Shown in pieces: positions 37,799 to 47,179 of a stretch of DNA of 64,000 bases. Numbering within the stretch: the stretch's first letter is position 1; each line of letters starts with the position of its first letter. This DNA is from Candidatus Enterousia sp. (lineage in GTDB: Bacteria; Pseudomonadota; Alphaproteobacteria; Rs-D84), in NCBI GenBank assembly GCA_045651525.1, contig JAZRSO010000032.1:4523-68522 (forward strand). Direction: 5' to 3'. Made by a program: the position numbers and the translations under genes. The notes under the pieces are model-generated. The model was not told where the DNA came from. It was given only the letters and a program-made list of their open reading frames with translations, and made no database searches.

Positions 37799-39535
37799 AT
37801 GTCGGTTCGTGTTCTGCCTGATTATCTGATAAATCAAATCGCCGCAGGCGAGGTGGTAGAACGTCCAGCCAGTGTTGTCAAAGAATTGGTTGAAAATGCG
37901 CTGGATGCGGGTGCAGACCAGATTGTTATTGATGTAACTGACGGTGGCCGCACAATGATAAGTGTCATAGATAACGGTGGGGGTATGTCGCGTGAAGATT
38001 TGGCAAAATCAATAACACGGCACGCAACATCAAAATTGCCTGATGATGATTTGTTAAATATCAATTTTATGGGATTTCGTGGTGAAGCGTTACCGTCAAT
38101 CGCATCTGTATCTGATATGACAATTGATACACATAAAATGTCTGATGAAAATGGATGGCAGATTGATTGTAATACAGGCGCAGTGCGCCCATCGGATTGG
38201 GAAAACGGTACACGAATTCGTGTTAAAAATCTATTTGCAAAAACGCCTGCGCGTCTTAAATTCTTGCGCGGGGACAAGGCAGAATTGATGTCTGTGTTGG
38301 AAGTAGTCAAAAGACTTGCAATGGCACGGACAGATGTTGGTTTTGTGTTGAACGATAAATGGATTTATCCAAAAAATCAGGATTTGTTATCGCGTATTTC
38401 TGATGTTATGGGCGAAGATGTTGTTGGTCGTATGTTACAGGTTGATGCAGAATCTGGGTCAACTGTTGGTATGAAATTAACAGGATATATTTCAGAGCCA
38501 ACATTGCGACGCGCGTCATCTGTTGACCAATTCCTGTATGTAAATGGGCGGCCAGTAAAAGACAAAATATTGGTTGGTGCGTTGCGCGCGGCATATATGG
38601 ATGTTATGCATGCGCGTGAATTCCCGTTGTGTGCATTGTATTTGACATTGCCAACAAATGCAGTTGATGTAAATGTGTCGCCTGCCAAGACAGAGGTGCA
38701 TTTCTTGGAACCGACACATGTGCGTTCTTTTATAATAAAAACTTTGCGAGATAGATTGTCGCAAACAATGACGCAAACTGTTCCTGAAAAGACATTAAAT
38801 TTTGTGTCAAGCGTATCGCCAACTGTTGCGGCGCCACGATTTGATTTTGGTATCAGAAAAGAATCTTTTCAGGTGCGTGATGATATTCGTCCTGTTGTGC
38901 AAAATCCATTTGCGTCGCCTGTATCTGTGCCACAGCACAGTGAAGAAAAAATAGAAACTATTTTTGTTGATTTGCCATTGGGGCGTGTTGTGGGGCAGGT
39001 GGCAAATAAATATATAATCGCACAAAAAGATGACAATATGGTTGTTGTTGATCAGCATGCTGCACATGAACGTATTACATATGAAAAATTGCGTCAGTAT
39101 AAAATTAAATCACAACCGTTATTGACACCAATCGTTGTAAATCTGCGTGATGAAGATGTTGTGGCTGTTATGATGGTGGCAGATGAATTAAAACGTTCTG
39201 GATTGCATATCGATACATTTGGTGATGCGTCAATTGCGATATTTGAAAAGCCAGCCGACTGGGATTTGAACTGGGGTGATGTTTTACATAATATCGCGGA
39301 CGAGGTTCGTGAACACGGACATTCGTCGCAATTAAATGAACGTTTGCATTTAAAATTGGCAAACTATGCGTGTCATCATTCTGTGCGGGCAGGGCAAAAA
39401 CTGGACTTGATTCAGATGGATACTTTGTTGCGTGATATTGAAAAGACCGAACGTGCAGGGCAATGTAACCACGGGCGACCTGTATATAAAATCATTCCAA
39501 TTGCGGAAATTGATACTTGGTTTGAAAGATTGTAA
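37799..39535 (+). CDS. mutL: DNA mismatch repair endonuclease MutL
   Basis: GHKL ATPase motifs GEVVERPASVVKELVENALDAG and DNGGGM; C-terminal endonuclease motif DQHAAHERITYE. Confidence 0.93.
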   Translation: MSVRVLPDYLINQIAAGEVVERPASVVKELVENALDAGADQIVIDVTDGGRTMISVIDNGGGMSREDLAKSITRHATSKLPDDDLLNINFMGFRGEALPSIASVSDMTIDTHKMSDENGWQIDCNTGAVRPSDWENGTRIRVKNLFAKTPARLKFLRGDKAELMSVLEVVKRLAMARTDVGFVLNDKWIYPKNQDLLSRISDVMGEDVVGRMLQVDAESGSTVGMKLTGYISEPTLRRASSVDQFLYVNGRPVKDKILVGALRAAYMDVMHAREFPLCALYLTLPTNAVDVNVSPAKTEVHFLEPTHVRSFIIKTLRDRLSQTMTQTVPEKTLNFVSSVSPTVAAPRFDFGIRKESFQVRDDIRPVVQNPFASPVSVPQHSEEKIETIFVDLPLGRVVGQVANKYIIAQKDDNMVVVDQHAAHERITYEKLRQYKIKSQPLLTPIVVNLRDEDVVAVMMVADELKRSGLHIDTFGDASIAIFEKPADWDLNWGDVLHNIADEVREHGHSSQLNERLHLKLANYACHHSVRAGQKLDLIQMDTLLRDIEKTERAGQCNHGRPVYKIIPIAEIDTWFERL

Positions 39536-39607
39536 TTTTTCTTATTTTTACTTTACAAATCGGGCTTTTTTTACTAATGTGCCTGTATTAAATCAAGGAG
39601 AAAATAT

Positions 39608-39919
39608 ATGGAACAAGCAGAACAAGTTGTTGATACGGTTGTGCAAACAACTGCGGCCACACCACAAAATAGTTTTTGGGGGATGGTTTTGTATTGCGTT
39701 GTGGTGTTTGGAATTATCTATTTGTTAATGATACGTCCAAATAAAAAACGTATGGCAGAATACCAAAAAATGCTGGATTCTTTGCAGGTTGGTAATCGTG
39801 TAATGGCGGCTGGCATTTATGGAACAATTAAAAAAATCAATGAAAAAACAATAGAAGTAGAAGTTGCCAAGGGCGTTGTTATCGAAGTGGTAAAAAACGC
39901 TGTGGCAAGTGTTGAATAA
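39608..39919 (+). CDS. yajC: Preprotein translocase subunit YajC
   Basis: One TM helix followed by LQVGNRVMAAGIYGTIKKI. Confidence 0.85.
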   Translation: MEQAEQVVDTVVQTTAATPQNSFWGMVLYCVVVFGIIYLLMIRPNKKRMAEYQKMLDSLQVGNRVMAAGIYGTIKKINEKTIEVEVAKGVVIEVVKNAVASVE

Positions 39920-39938
39920 AAGGTAAAAGGGTAAAGAT

Positions 39939-41492
39939 ATGTTTAAAAAATTGGCGATAATTTTTGTTGCGGTATTTTGTGTATTGCTGGCTGTGCCAAC
40001 AATGTCGCCAAAACTGGCGCCGTATTTTCCATCTTGGATTGGGCCAGTGCCGCTGGGGTTGGATTTAAAAGGTGGTGCGCAATTACTGTTAGAGGTTGAC
40101 ACCAACACAATGTTCACAGAAAAAACACAGCAGCTGTACGAAGAAACACGCAGTACGCTGATTGACAGAAACAAGGGTGTTATTCGTTTTTCTAATTTGC
40201 GTAATCATGATGGCGTTGTGTCATTGGTTGTTCGTGATGAAAAACAGGTTTCTGATGCCAAAGGACGCTTGAAGGCTGCGTTTGGTAATACTGTGGATAT
40301 TGAATCTGATGATAAGACAATAACTTTGTCTTATTCTGATGTGCAAAAACAAGAAATGATCAAAGATGCATTGGCACGCAGTATTGAAATTGTTCGTCGT
40401 CGTATTGATGCGCTGGGTACCAAGGAGCCATCAATTCAAAGTCAGGGTGGTAAATATATCTTGGTTCAATTGCCTGGTGTTGATAATCCAGAACATATTA
40501 AAAACTTGATTGGTCAGACTGCAAAAATGACTTTCCATTTGGTAAATGAAAACGTTACAAATGAACAGATGGCGTCTGGTCGTGCGCCAAATGGTACAGA
40601 ATTTTTGCCTTATATGGATATGGGTGGGTTGCCAATCGCTGTGTATTCCAGGGTAGAGGTTTCAGGCGAATCGTTAAAAGATTCACAGGCGGAATTTGAT
40701 CAGAATAATATGCCTGTTGTTTCAACTGTGTTTGATGCGTCTGGTGCGCGCAGATTTGCAAAACTGACAACAGAACATGTAAATGAACGTTTTGCAATCG
40801 TTTTGGACGGCAAGGTATTGTCTGCACCTGTTATTCGTGAACCAATTCCTGGTGGTCGCGGTCAGATTTCTGGTGGCTTTACATTACAAGGTGCCAAAGA
40901 TTTAGCTGTGCTGTTGCGTTCTGGTGCGTTGCCTGCGCCATTGCAAGTAATCGAAGAACGTGTTGTTGGTGCAGGGCTTGGGGCTGATACGATTGAGGCT
41001 GGTAAAATCGGTGCAATCGCAGGTGTATTGTTTATCTTTATATTCTTGTTCTATGTTTATCGTGCGTTCGGTGTTATTGCGGGTATCGCATTGATGGTAA
41101 ATTTGGGAATGATTGTTGGCTTGACTGCATTGTTTGGTGCAACGCTGACATTGCCGGGTATCGCAGGTATCGTACTGACATTAGGTATGGCGGTTGACGC
41201 AAACGTATTGCCGTTTGAACGCATTAGGGATGAAGTAAAATCTGGTACACCAAGCCTGCGCGCGGTAAATATGGGATTTGATCGTTCTATGAAGACTGTT
41301 TTGGACGGAAACTTGACCACATTGATTTGTGCGTTGGTGTTGTTCCAATTCGGTGCTGGTCCAATTCGTGGATTTGCAGTTACGTTATCAATCGGTATTC
41401 TGACAACACTGTTTACATGTGTCTGGTTGTCCAAGGTTATGATAGACTGGTACATGAACGGTAAAAATAAAAAAATTGGTTATGCAAAATAA
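39939..41492 (+). CDS. secD: Protein translocase subunit SecD
   Basis: LGLDLKGGAQLLLEVD and the C-terminal six-TM SecD/F domain. Confidence 0.92.
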   Translation: MFKKLAIIFVAVFCVLLAVPTMSPKLAPYFPSWIGPVPLGLDLKGGAQLLLEVDTNTMFTEKTQQLYEETRSTLIDRNKGVIRFSNLRNHDGVVSLVVRDEKQVSDAKGRLKAAFGNTVDIESDDKTITLSYSDVQKQEMIKDALARSIEIVRRRIDALGTKEPSIQSQGGKYILVQLPGVDNPEHIKNLIGQTAKMTFHLVNENVTNEQMASGRAPNGTEFLPYMDMGGLPIAVYSRVEVSGESLKDSQAEFDQNNMPVVSTVFDASGARRFAKLTTEHVNERFAIVLDGKVLSAPVIREPIPGGRGQISGGFTLQGAKDLAVLLRSGALPAPLQVIEERVVGAGLGADTIEAGKIGAIAGVLFIFIFLFYVYRAFGVIAGIALMVNLGMIVGLTALFGATLTLPGIAGIVLTLGMAVDANVLPFERIRDEVKSGTPSLRAVNMGFDRSMKTVLDGNLTTLICALVLFQFGAGPIRGFAVTLSIGILTTLFTCVWLSKVMIDWYMNGKNKKIGYAK

Positions 41493-41510
41493 AGTTTGGG
41501 GGTAATAGAT

Positions 41511-42374
41511 ATGACTTTACATATTATGAAATATCGCAAAATCGCATACATCATTTCTGGTGCTTTGGTTTTGTTATCTGTGTTATCACTGTTATTTCGT
41601 GGGTTGAATTATGGTATTGACTTTTCTGGTGGTATTTCGATGGAGGTAACGCCAGTCGAAGAATCATACACCATTGATAAAATGCGCGCAGATTTGGAAG
41701 CTTTTAAACCAGAATTGCAACAGGTTGATGGCAAGGCTATCTTAATCCGTCTGGGACTGCCAAAGGGCGCAACAGATGCACAACAAAACGAACGTGTGTC
41801 TGAAATCAAAGAAATCTTGGGTAACAAGGTAGAATATGCACAGGTTCAAATCGTTGGTCCAAAAATTGGTGGCGAATTGATTCGTGGCGGTATCTTGGCG
41901 ATATTGTTTGCCTTTATCATGATGGCTGTTTATGTTTGGATTCGATACAAAGGTGGTTATGCGATTGGTGCATTTTGCTCGCTATTCTTGGACTTTGTGT
42001 TGATGTTTGGGTTCTTTTCAATTACTGGTTTGGAATTCAATCAGACTGCAATTGCAATTATTTTGACAGGTATTGGTTATTCAATCAATGATAAGGTTGT
42101 AAACTATGACCGAATTGATGAAAATGTTAAAAAATACCACAAAATGCCAATGGGTGATTTGATTGATTTGTCGGTCAGTGAGATGTTCAGACGTACAATG
42201 TTGACCAGTGTTTCAACACTGTTGGCAATGATAGGTTTGTATCTGTTCGGCGGCCAGATGCTGCGTGAATTTGCGATTGCAATGGGATTTTCGGTCGTGA
42301 TGGGAACATTTACAAGTATCTTTATTTCAAATATGATTCTGTATAACTTTAATTTGCGTGATACAGATAAATAA
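41511..42374 (+). CDS. secF: Protein translocase subunit SecF
   Basis: GIDFSGGISMEV and a six-TM domain. ATG 41511 preferred over TTG 41496. Confidence 0.9.
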   Translation: MTLHIMKYRKIAYIISGALVLLSVLSLLFRGLNYGIDFSGGISMEVTPVEESYTIDKMRADLEAFKPELQQVDGKAILIRLGLPKGATDAQQNERVSEIKEILGNKVEYAQVQIVGPKIGGELIRGGILAILFAFIMMAVYVWIRYKGGYAIGAFCSLFLDFVLMFGFFSITGLEFNQTAIAIILTGIGYSINDKVVNYDRIDENVKKYHKMPMGDLIDLSVSEMFRRTMLTSVSTLLAMIGLYLFGGQMLREFAIAMGFSVVMGTFTSIFISNMILYNFNLRDTDK

Positions 42375-42404
42375 AGTATATGTCATACCAATGGGGGGTG
42401 TAAT

Positions 42405-43910
42405 ATGAGAATTGTAAAAATATTTTTTATGTTGGCGTTTTTCATTGGTATGACACCGTGTCTTGCGGATGGTTTGTTTTTTGAAGACGAACCAATCCAA
42501 GATGGTTTGCCTGTAATTGAAATGTCACAAAACTTTGCAGATGTTTATGAAAAATTAAATGGTGTAAAGTGGGGCGGAAAGAATTTAAATCTGGCAATTG
42601 AAAGTCTGGAAAATTTAAATAAATCTGCACATATTGCGGCCACTGATGAACGTGTTGTTTTGGTTTGGAATGATGCAATTATTGGAAATTATCCGCGTCC
42701 ATCTGCAAATGATTGGAATGCATTTGGTGAAATTACAACTGCGCTTGTTTTAAAAATGCGTGCAAATGACGCGTATATGAAGTCGTTATCTGAAAATGAA
42801 ATATATCAATATGTTGTTGATGCGATTATTCGTGGATTGGATGAAAATGGTAGATATGTTTTTTCCAAGACTGCGCAAATTACCGAAGACGGCAGATTGC
42901 TGACCAGTGTTGGTATGGAAGGTGTGCGTGACGAACGTGGAAACTTTCGTGTTGATGGGGTGTTTAAGGGCGCGCCTGCGGATACAGCGGGGATAAGTTC
43001 TGGTGATTTAATTGTTCAGATAAATGGAAAATTGGTGCGCAATATGTCTGATGCAGAACTGGCATCTGTTATCAGTGGTTTTAATTCCGGTACGGCAAAG
43101 ATAAAAATATTATCCCCACGTGGCAGTAAAGATGTTGTTTTGCGTCGTGCGACTGTGGTTGTGGCAGATGCAGATGTGGTTCATCGTTCAAATCCTGATA
43201 ATGGCGGATTGCTTGAAATTGTTGTGCATCAGGTTTCTGATGGCGCAGTTGATATTATTAAAAACGCATTAAATAAATACTCTGGTGTTGATGGTGTTAT
43301 TCTTGATTTGCGTGCGTCCAGTGGTGATGATGAACGCGCGGCTGCAAAGCTGGCAGGGTTGTTTATTGGTGCAAAACCTGTAATGCGTATTATTGAAACT
43401 TCTTTTGATGAGGTAGAGGTTTTGCCAAATGCAGATGCAATTACAGATGTGCCTGTGGTTGTGTTGATGTCTGATCAAACACGTGGCACAGCCGAGGCGA
43501 TAGCCGCCGCGTTCTATGAAAACAATCGTGGCGTTTTGGTTGGAACACCTACTGCGGGCAATGCCAGAATTGCAACTGAAATTGATTTGGATAATGGCGG
43601 TATGTTGGAACTGCTGAATAAATCTATCAAGACAGGGCAGGGAAATATTATTGATGGTCGTGGCGTTTTCCCAATTGTATGTCTGTCTAATATTCGTTCA
43701 AGTCAGCAACAAAATGCGTTCTTTTTAAATGTTATAAATGGTGACTTTAATGCGCGTGATTTTAACAAAGAACCAGATACAGATGTCAATGCAATTCGTC
43801 GTGGTTGCCCAACAATCGCCAGTGGTGCCGATGAAGACGCGTTGTCAATGGCTGTATCTGTTCAGATTTTAACAGATAAAAAAATCTATAATCGTTTAAT
43901 GGATTTATAA
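42405..43910 (+). CDS. S41 (C-terminal processing peptidase)-like protein with PDZ domain; catalytic dyad apparently substituted
   Basis: Signal peptide; PDZ GVFKGAPADTAGISSGDLIVQING; S41 core VVVLMSDQTRGTAEAIAAAF...VGTPTAGNA. Confidence 0.65.
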   Translation: MRIVKIFFMLAFFIGMTPCLADGLFFEDEPIQDGLPVIEMSQNFADVYEKLNGVKWGGKNLNLAIESLENLNKSAHIAATDERVVLVWNDAIIGNYPRPSANDWNAFGEITTALVLKMRANDAYMKSLSENEIYQYVVDAIIRGLDENGRYVFSKTAQITEDGRLLTSVGMEGVRDERGNFRVDGVFKGAPADTAGISSGDLIVQINGKLVRNMSDAELASVISGFNSGTAKIKILSPRGSKDVVLRRATVVVADADVVHRSNPDNGGLLEIVVHQVSDGAVDIIKNALNKYSGVDGVILDLRASSGDDERAAAKLAGLFIGAKPVMRIIETSFDEVEVLPNADAITDVPVVVLMSDQTRGTAEAIAAAFYENNRGVLVGTPTAGNARIATEIDLDNGGMLELLNKSIKTGQGNIIDGRGVFPIVCLSNIRSSQQQNAFFLNVINGDFNARDFNKEPDTDVNAIRRGCPTIASGADEDALSMAVSVQILTDKKIYNRLMDL

Positions 43911-43931
43911 TTCTTATATAAGGGATGTGAA

Positions 43932-44588
43932 ATGTTTTTAACCAAAGATAATCAAATCAAATGGAAGAAAATGGGTGTGGCAGCAGCCATAACGCTTGTG
44001 TTAGTGTTGCTGGGGATTTTCTGGTTTGATAAGCCATTGTTTACATTTATTCGTGAATTTGATTGTGGATTATGGCGTCTGTTTGATGTGTTCTTTTCTG
44101 CCAAGATGTGGTTTATCGTATCTTTTGTTGCGGCCGCGTTATTGTGCGTAAAGAAATATTTAAAATCAGAAATATCTGGTATTCGTGATTTATTTGTAAA
44201 AACAAAGAGTAGTCATGCGTTTTTGATATTTTACAGCATTTTGTCAGCAGGTGTTGTTGTTAAAGTTTTAAAGACGATTATCGGGCGTGCTAGACCTATA
44301 TTTTTTGAAGCTCTTGATATGACAGGATTTTTCCCGCCATCATTTGATTGGGCGTTTAATTCAATGCCATCTGGTCATACTATAATCAGTTTTGCAGGTT
44401 TGGTTATGATTGGTATGTTGGCGCCAAAGTATAAATGGTTTACATGGACATTGGCGATTTTGGTTGGTTTTTCGCGTATTGCATTTGGTGCGCATTGGCC
44501 ATCAGATGTAATTTTGGGCGCGTTCTTGGGTATGGCGATTGCAGATATTATTAAATGGTATATGTTAAAAAAGTCAGAACAAAAATAA
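43932..44588 (+). CDS. PAP2-family lipid phosphatase
   Basis: KTIIGRARP, PSGHT, SRIAFGAHWPSDV acid-phosphatase motifs; multiple TM helices. Confidence 0.85.
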   Translation: MFLTKDNQIKWKKMGVAAAITLVLVLLGIFWFDKPLFTFIREFDCGLWRLFDVFFSAKMWFIVSFVAAALLCVKKYLKSEISGIRDLFVKTKSSHAFLIFYSILSAGVVVKVLKTIIGRARPIFFEALDMTGFFPPSFDWAFNSMPSGHTIISFAGLVMIGMLAPKYKWFTWTLAILVGFSRIAFGAHWPSDVILGAFLGMAIADIIKWYMLKKSEQK

Positions 44589-44595
44589 AAAAAGG

Positions 44596-44624
44596 CAGGC
44601 GATAAAAAATCGTCTGTTTTTTTT
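44596..44624 (+). terminator. Rho-independent terminator after the PAP2 gene
   Basis: CAGGCGAT-AAAAA-ATCGTCTG hairpin (one G-U pair) followed by T8. Confidence 0.65.
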
Positions 44625-44652
44625 GTCTTTTTTATGATAAAATATTTGCGTT

Positions 44653-46893
44653 ATGGCAGGGAATAGAAAGTCTAATTTTTTACCAGAACGCATGTCTGGC
44701 GCATTAAAAAGTTTGGCACAGCGCATAATTGGTGCGGGTATTTTTTGTGTCTGTATTTGGGCTGTGATTGCGATGTTGTTTTATAATCCATATCTAGATG
44801 GTGTGGCTGTATCCAGTGGTTTTGGCGGTCAGTCTGTCATGGGATACATTGTTGGTTCTGTGCGTTATGTGGTTGGTGTCATACCTGGATTGTTTTTATT
44901 TTTATCGTTGGCGCGTTGGGGTGCTGCCAAGATGTTTGGTTTTGAATATGAACATTTGCCGGAATATAATTTCTTGCGTGGGTTTATTGCGCTGTGTTTG
45001 GGGGCGGTTGGTTTTGGTTTGATTGCGCCCAGCGCGACATATGGGGGATTGTTTGGTGCGATTGCTGCGACTGATTTGACTTATTTATTGGGTGGCGTGT
45101 CTGTAATTGTTGGTATTTTGTGTATGGTTGGTTTCTTTATTATGGCGGCGATGCTATTGCATGTAAGAATTCAGCATTTACGCTGGGTATATCGTGTTCT
45201 TGTTCGTTGGGTTCGTTGGTTGGCATCTGCGTTTGGTCTGACAAAATACGTTCCACAGCCCGATGAAGAAGAGATAGAAGAAGCCGAAGAAGCAGAAGAA
45301 ACAGAAGAAGAAACAGACGCAGAAGAGGAAAAACCAAAACGTAAACGCAGTTCAAAAAAGGCGGTCACCGCTGTTGCAGTCGCAAAGCCACGCAAACAGG
45401 CGGCGGCATATGAATTGCCAGATACCAGATTCTTGGAACGTTCTAATTTTAGTAAATATTCTGTGACGCCTGAATTAAAGCAAAACGCTCGCAGTATGGA
45501 GGTTAAGTTCTCGCAATACGGTGTTCATGGCAAGGTTGTTGGAATTAAGCCGGGTCCCATTGTTACATTATATGAATTTATGCCAGACGAAGGTACGCGT
45601 ATGGCAGATGTCAATAAAACTGTTACCGATATGACACGTGCGATGGCAACAGAAAGTATTCGTATTGCACATATCCCAAAGACCCAGTTGATTGGTGTTG
45701 AAATGGTAAATCTGAAACGTCAGACTGTGCGCTATCGTGGTCTGATGGAAGACGAAACATTTGTTGAATCAAAATACAAGATTCCATTGGCACTGGGTGT
45801 TGATATTGGCGGAAATCCGATGTATTTTGACTTGGCCAAAATGCCACATATGTTGGTTGCAGGGCGTACTGGGTCTGGTAAGTCTGTATTTGTTCAATCA
45901 ATTATTACATCAATTGTTTATCACTTTACGCCTGATAAATGTAAACTGATAATCATTGACCCAAAGGGTGTTGATTTTGGTTTCTGGGATGATATTCCAC
46001 ATCTTATCACGCCAATTGTAAAACTGGAACCAGAACCGGCGGTAAATGCGCTGAAATGGGCGGTGCGCGAAATGGAAGAAAGATATAAACAGTTACAGGT
46101 ATTAAACGCGCGCAATATTGAAAGTTATAATGAAATTGCGGCACAGAAACGCGAAAGTGGCGAAAAAATTACAAAGCAAGTTGCTGTTGGTACGGACGAG
46201 GAAACAGGCGAACTGCTGTTTGAAACCCAAGAAGTCGATTTGTCTGATATGCCATATATGGTAATCATTATTGACGAGGTGGCCGACCTGATGAGTCTTG
46301 CCCGCAAAGATGTTGAGGCATGTGTTCAACGTATCGCACAAAAGGCACGTGCCGCCGGTATTCACCTGGTTATGGCGACCCAGCGTCCAGATGCAACAAC
46401 CATTACAGGTGTTATCAAGGCGAATTTCCCAACACGTATTTCATTCCAGGCGCGCAGCCGTATCGACAGTGTAACATGCCTGGGCGAAGGCGGGGCAGAA
46501 CAGTTGTTGGCTATGGGCGACATGCTGTTTAGCGAGGCAGGTCGTGTCCCTGTCCGTATCCACGGTGCCTTTATCGACGATAAAGAATTAAAACGCATTG
46601 GGGATTTCTTGCGTTCCCAGGGCGAACCAGAATATGCCGATGGCGTAACAGATTCTGCGGACGCATCTGGTGGTGATGCGATGGGCGGATTTGGTGGTGG
46701 CGGTGGCGACAAAGATGGCGACCTGTACGCACGCGCCAAAGAATGTGTAATTCGTGATAAAAAACCAACAATTTCATACATTCAACGTCGCCTGCAAATT
46801 GGATATAACAAGGCTGCGGGCTTTATGGAACGTATGGAGGCAGATGGTATTGTGTCTGCGCCGGACGCCAACAACAAACGCCACATCCTATAA
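44653..46893 (+). CDS. ftsK: DNA translocase FtsK
   Basis: N-terminal TM helices, acidic linker, Walker A VAGRTGSGKSV, IIDEVADL, gamma domain YIQRRLQIGYNKAAGFMERME. Confidence 0.95.
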   Translation: MAGNRKSNFLPERMSGALKSLAQRIIGAGIFCVCIWAVIAMLFYNPYLDGVAVSSGFGGQSVMGYIVGSVRYVVGVIPGLFLFLSLARWGAAKMFGFEYEHLPEYNFLRGFIALCLGAVGFGLIAPSATYGGLFGAIAATDLTYLLGGVSVIVGILCMVGFFIMAAMLLHVRIQHLRWVYRVLVRWVRWLASAFGLTKYVPQPDEEEIEEAEEAEETEEETDAEEEKPKRKRSSKKAVTAVAVAKPRKQAAAYELPDTRFLERSNFSKYSVTPELKQNARSMEVKFSQYGVHGKVVGIKPGPIVTLYEFMPDEGTRMADVNKTVTDMTRAMATESIRIAHIPKTQLIGVEMVNLKRQTVRYRGLMEDETFVESKYKIPLALGVDIGGNPMYFDLAKMPHMLVAGRTGSGKSVFVQSIITSIVYHFTPDKCKLIIIDPKGVDFGFWDDIPHLITPIVKLEPEPAVNALKWAVREMEERYKQLQVLNARNIESYNEIAAQKRESGEKITKQVAVGTDEETGELLFETQEVDLSDMPYMVIIIDEVADLMSLARKDVEACVQRIAQKARAAGIHLVMATQRPDATTITGVIKANFPTRISFQARSRIDSVTCLGEGGAEQLLAMGDMLFSEAGRVPVRIHGAFIDDKELKRIGDFLRSQGEPEYADGVTDSADASGGDAMGGFGGGGGDKDGDLYARAKECVIRDKKPTISYIQRRLQIGYNKAAGFMERMEADGIVSAPDANNKRHIL

Positions 46894-47108
46894 ATTAAAT
46901 CTAATAATTCATCTACCCGCGGTGCCGGCAATTCATGTAGCGTCTGTACACTACATTGCCGGCACTACATGTATCTAAATTATTATCTTTAATTTCTACG
47001 CTAATCACGGGCAGGGGTGTGAAACCTCATGTAACTTCTGTACACTACGGTTTCGGGTTTGTGCGTATCTACACTATTATCTTTAATTTCTACGCTAATC
47101 ACGGGTGG
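46891..47108 (+). repeat. Two tandem family P palindromic repeat units plus tail, beginning at the ftsK stop codon
   Basis: Loops TCATGTAGCGTCTGTACACTAC (46933-46954) and TCATGTAACTTCTGTACACTAC (47027-47048); tail TACGCTAATCACGGGTGG. Confidence 0.9.
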
Positions 47109-47179
47109 TAATAAAAGTTTTTCATTTTTCACTTTTATATTATTTCAAAATATGATAAAATTTTATTTATAGAGAGAAT

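Noticed and set aside
45250-45360. GAA-rich repeat in ftsK
   Set aside because: It encodes the acidic/basic linker (EEEIEEAEEAEETEEETDAEEEKPKRKR) that is typically variable and low-complexity in FtsK, so it is not a separate feature.
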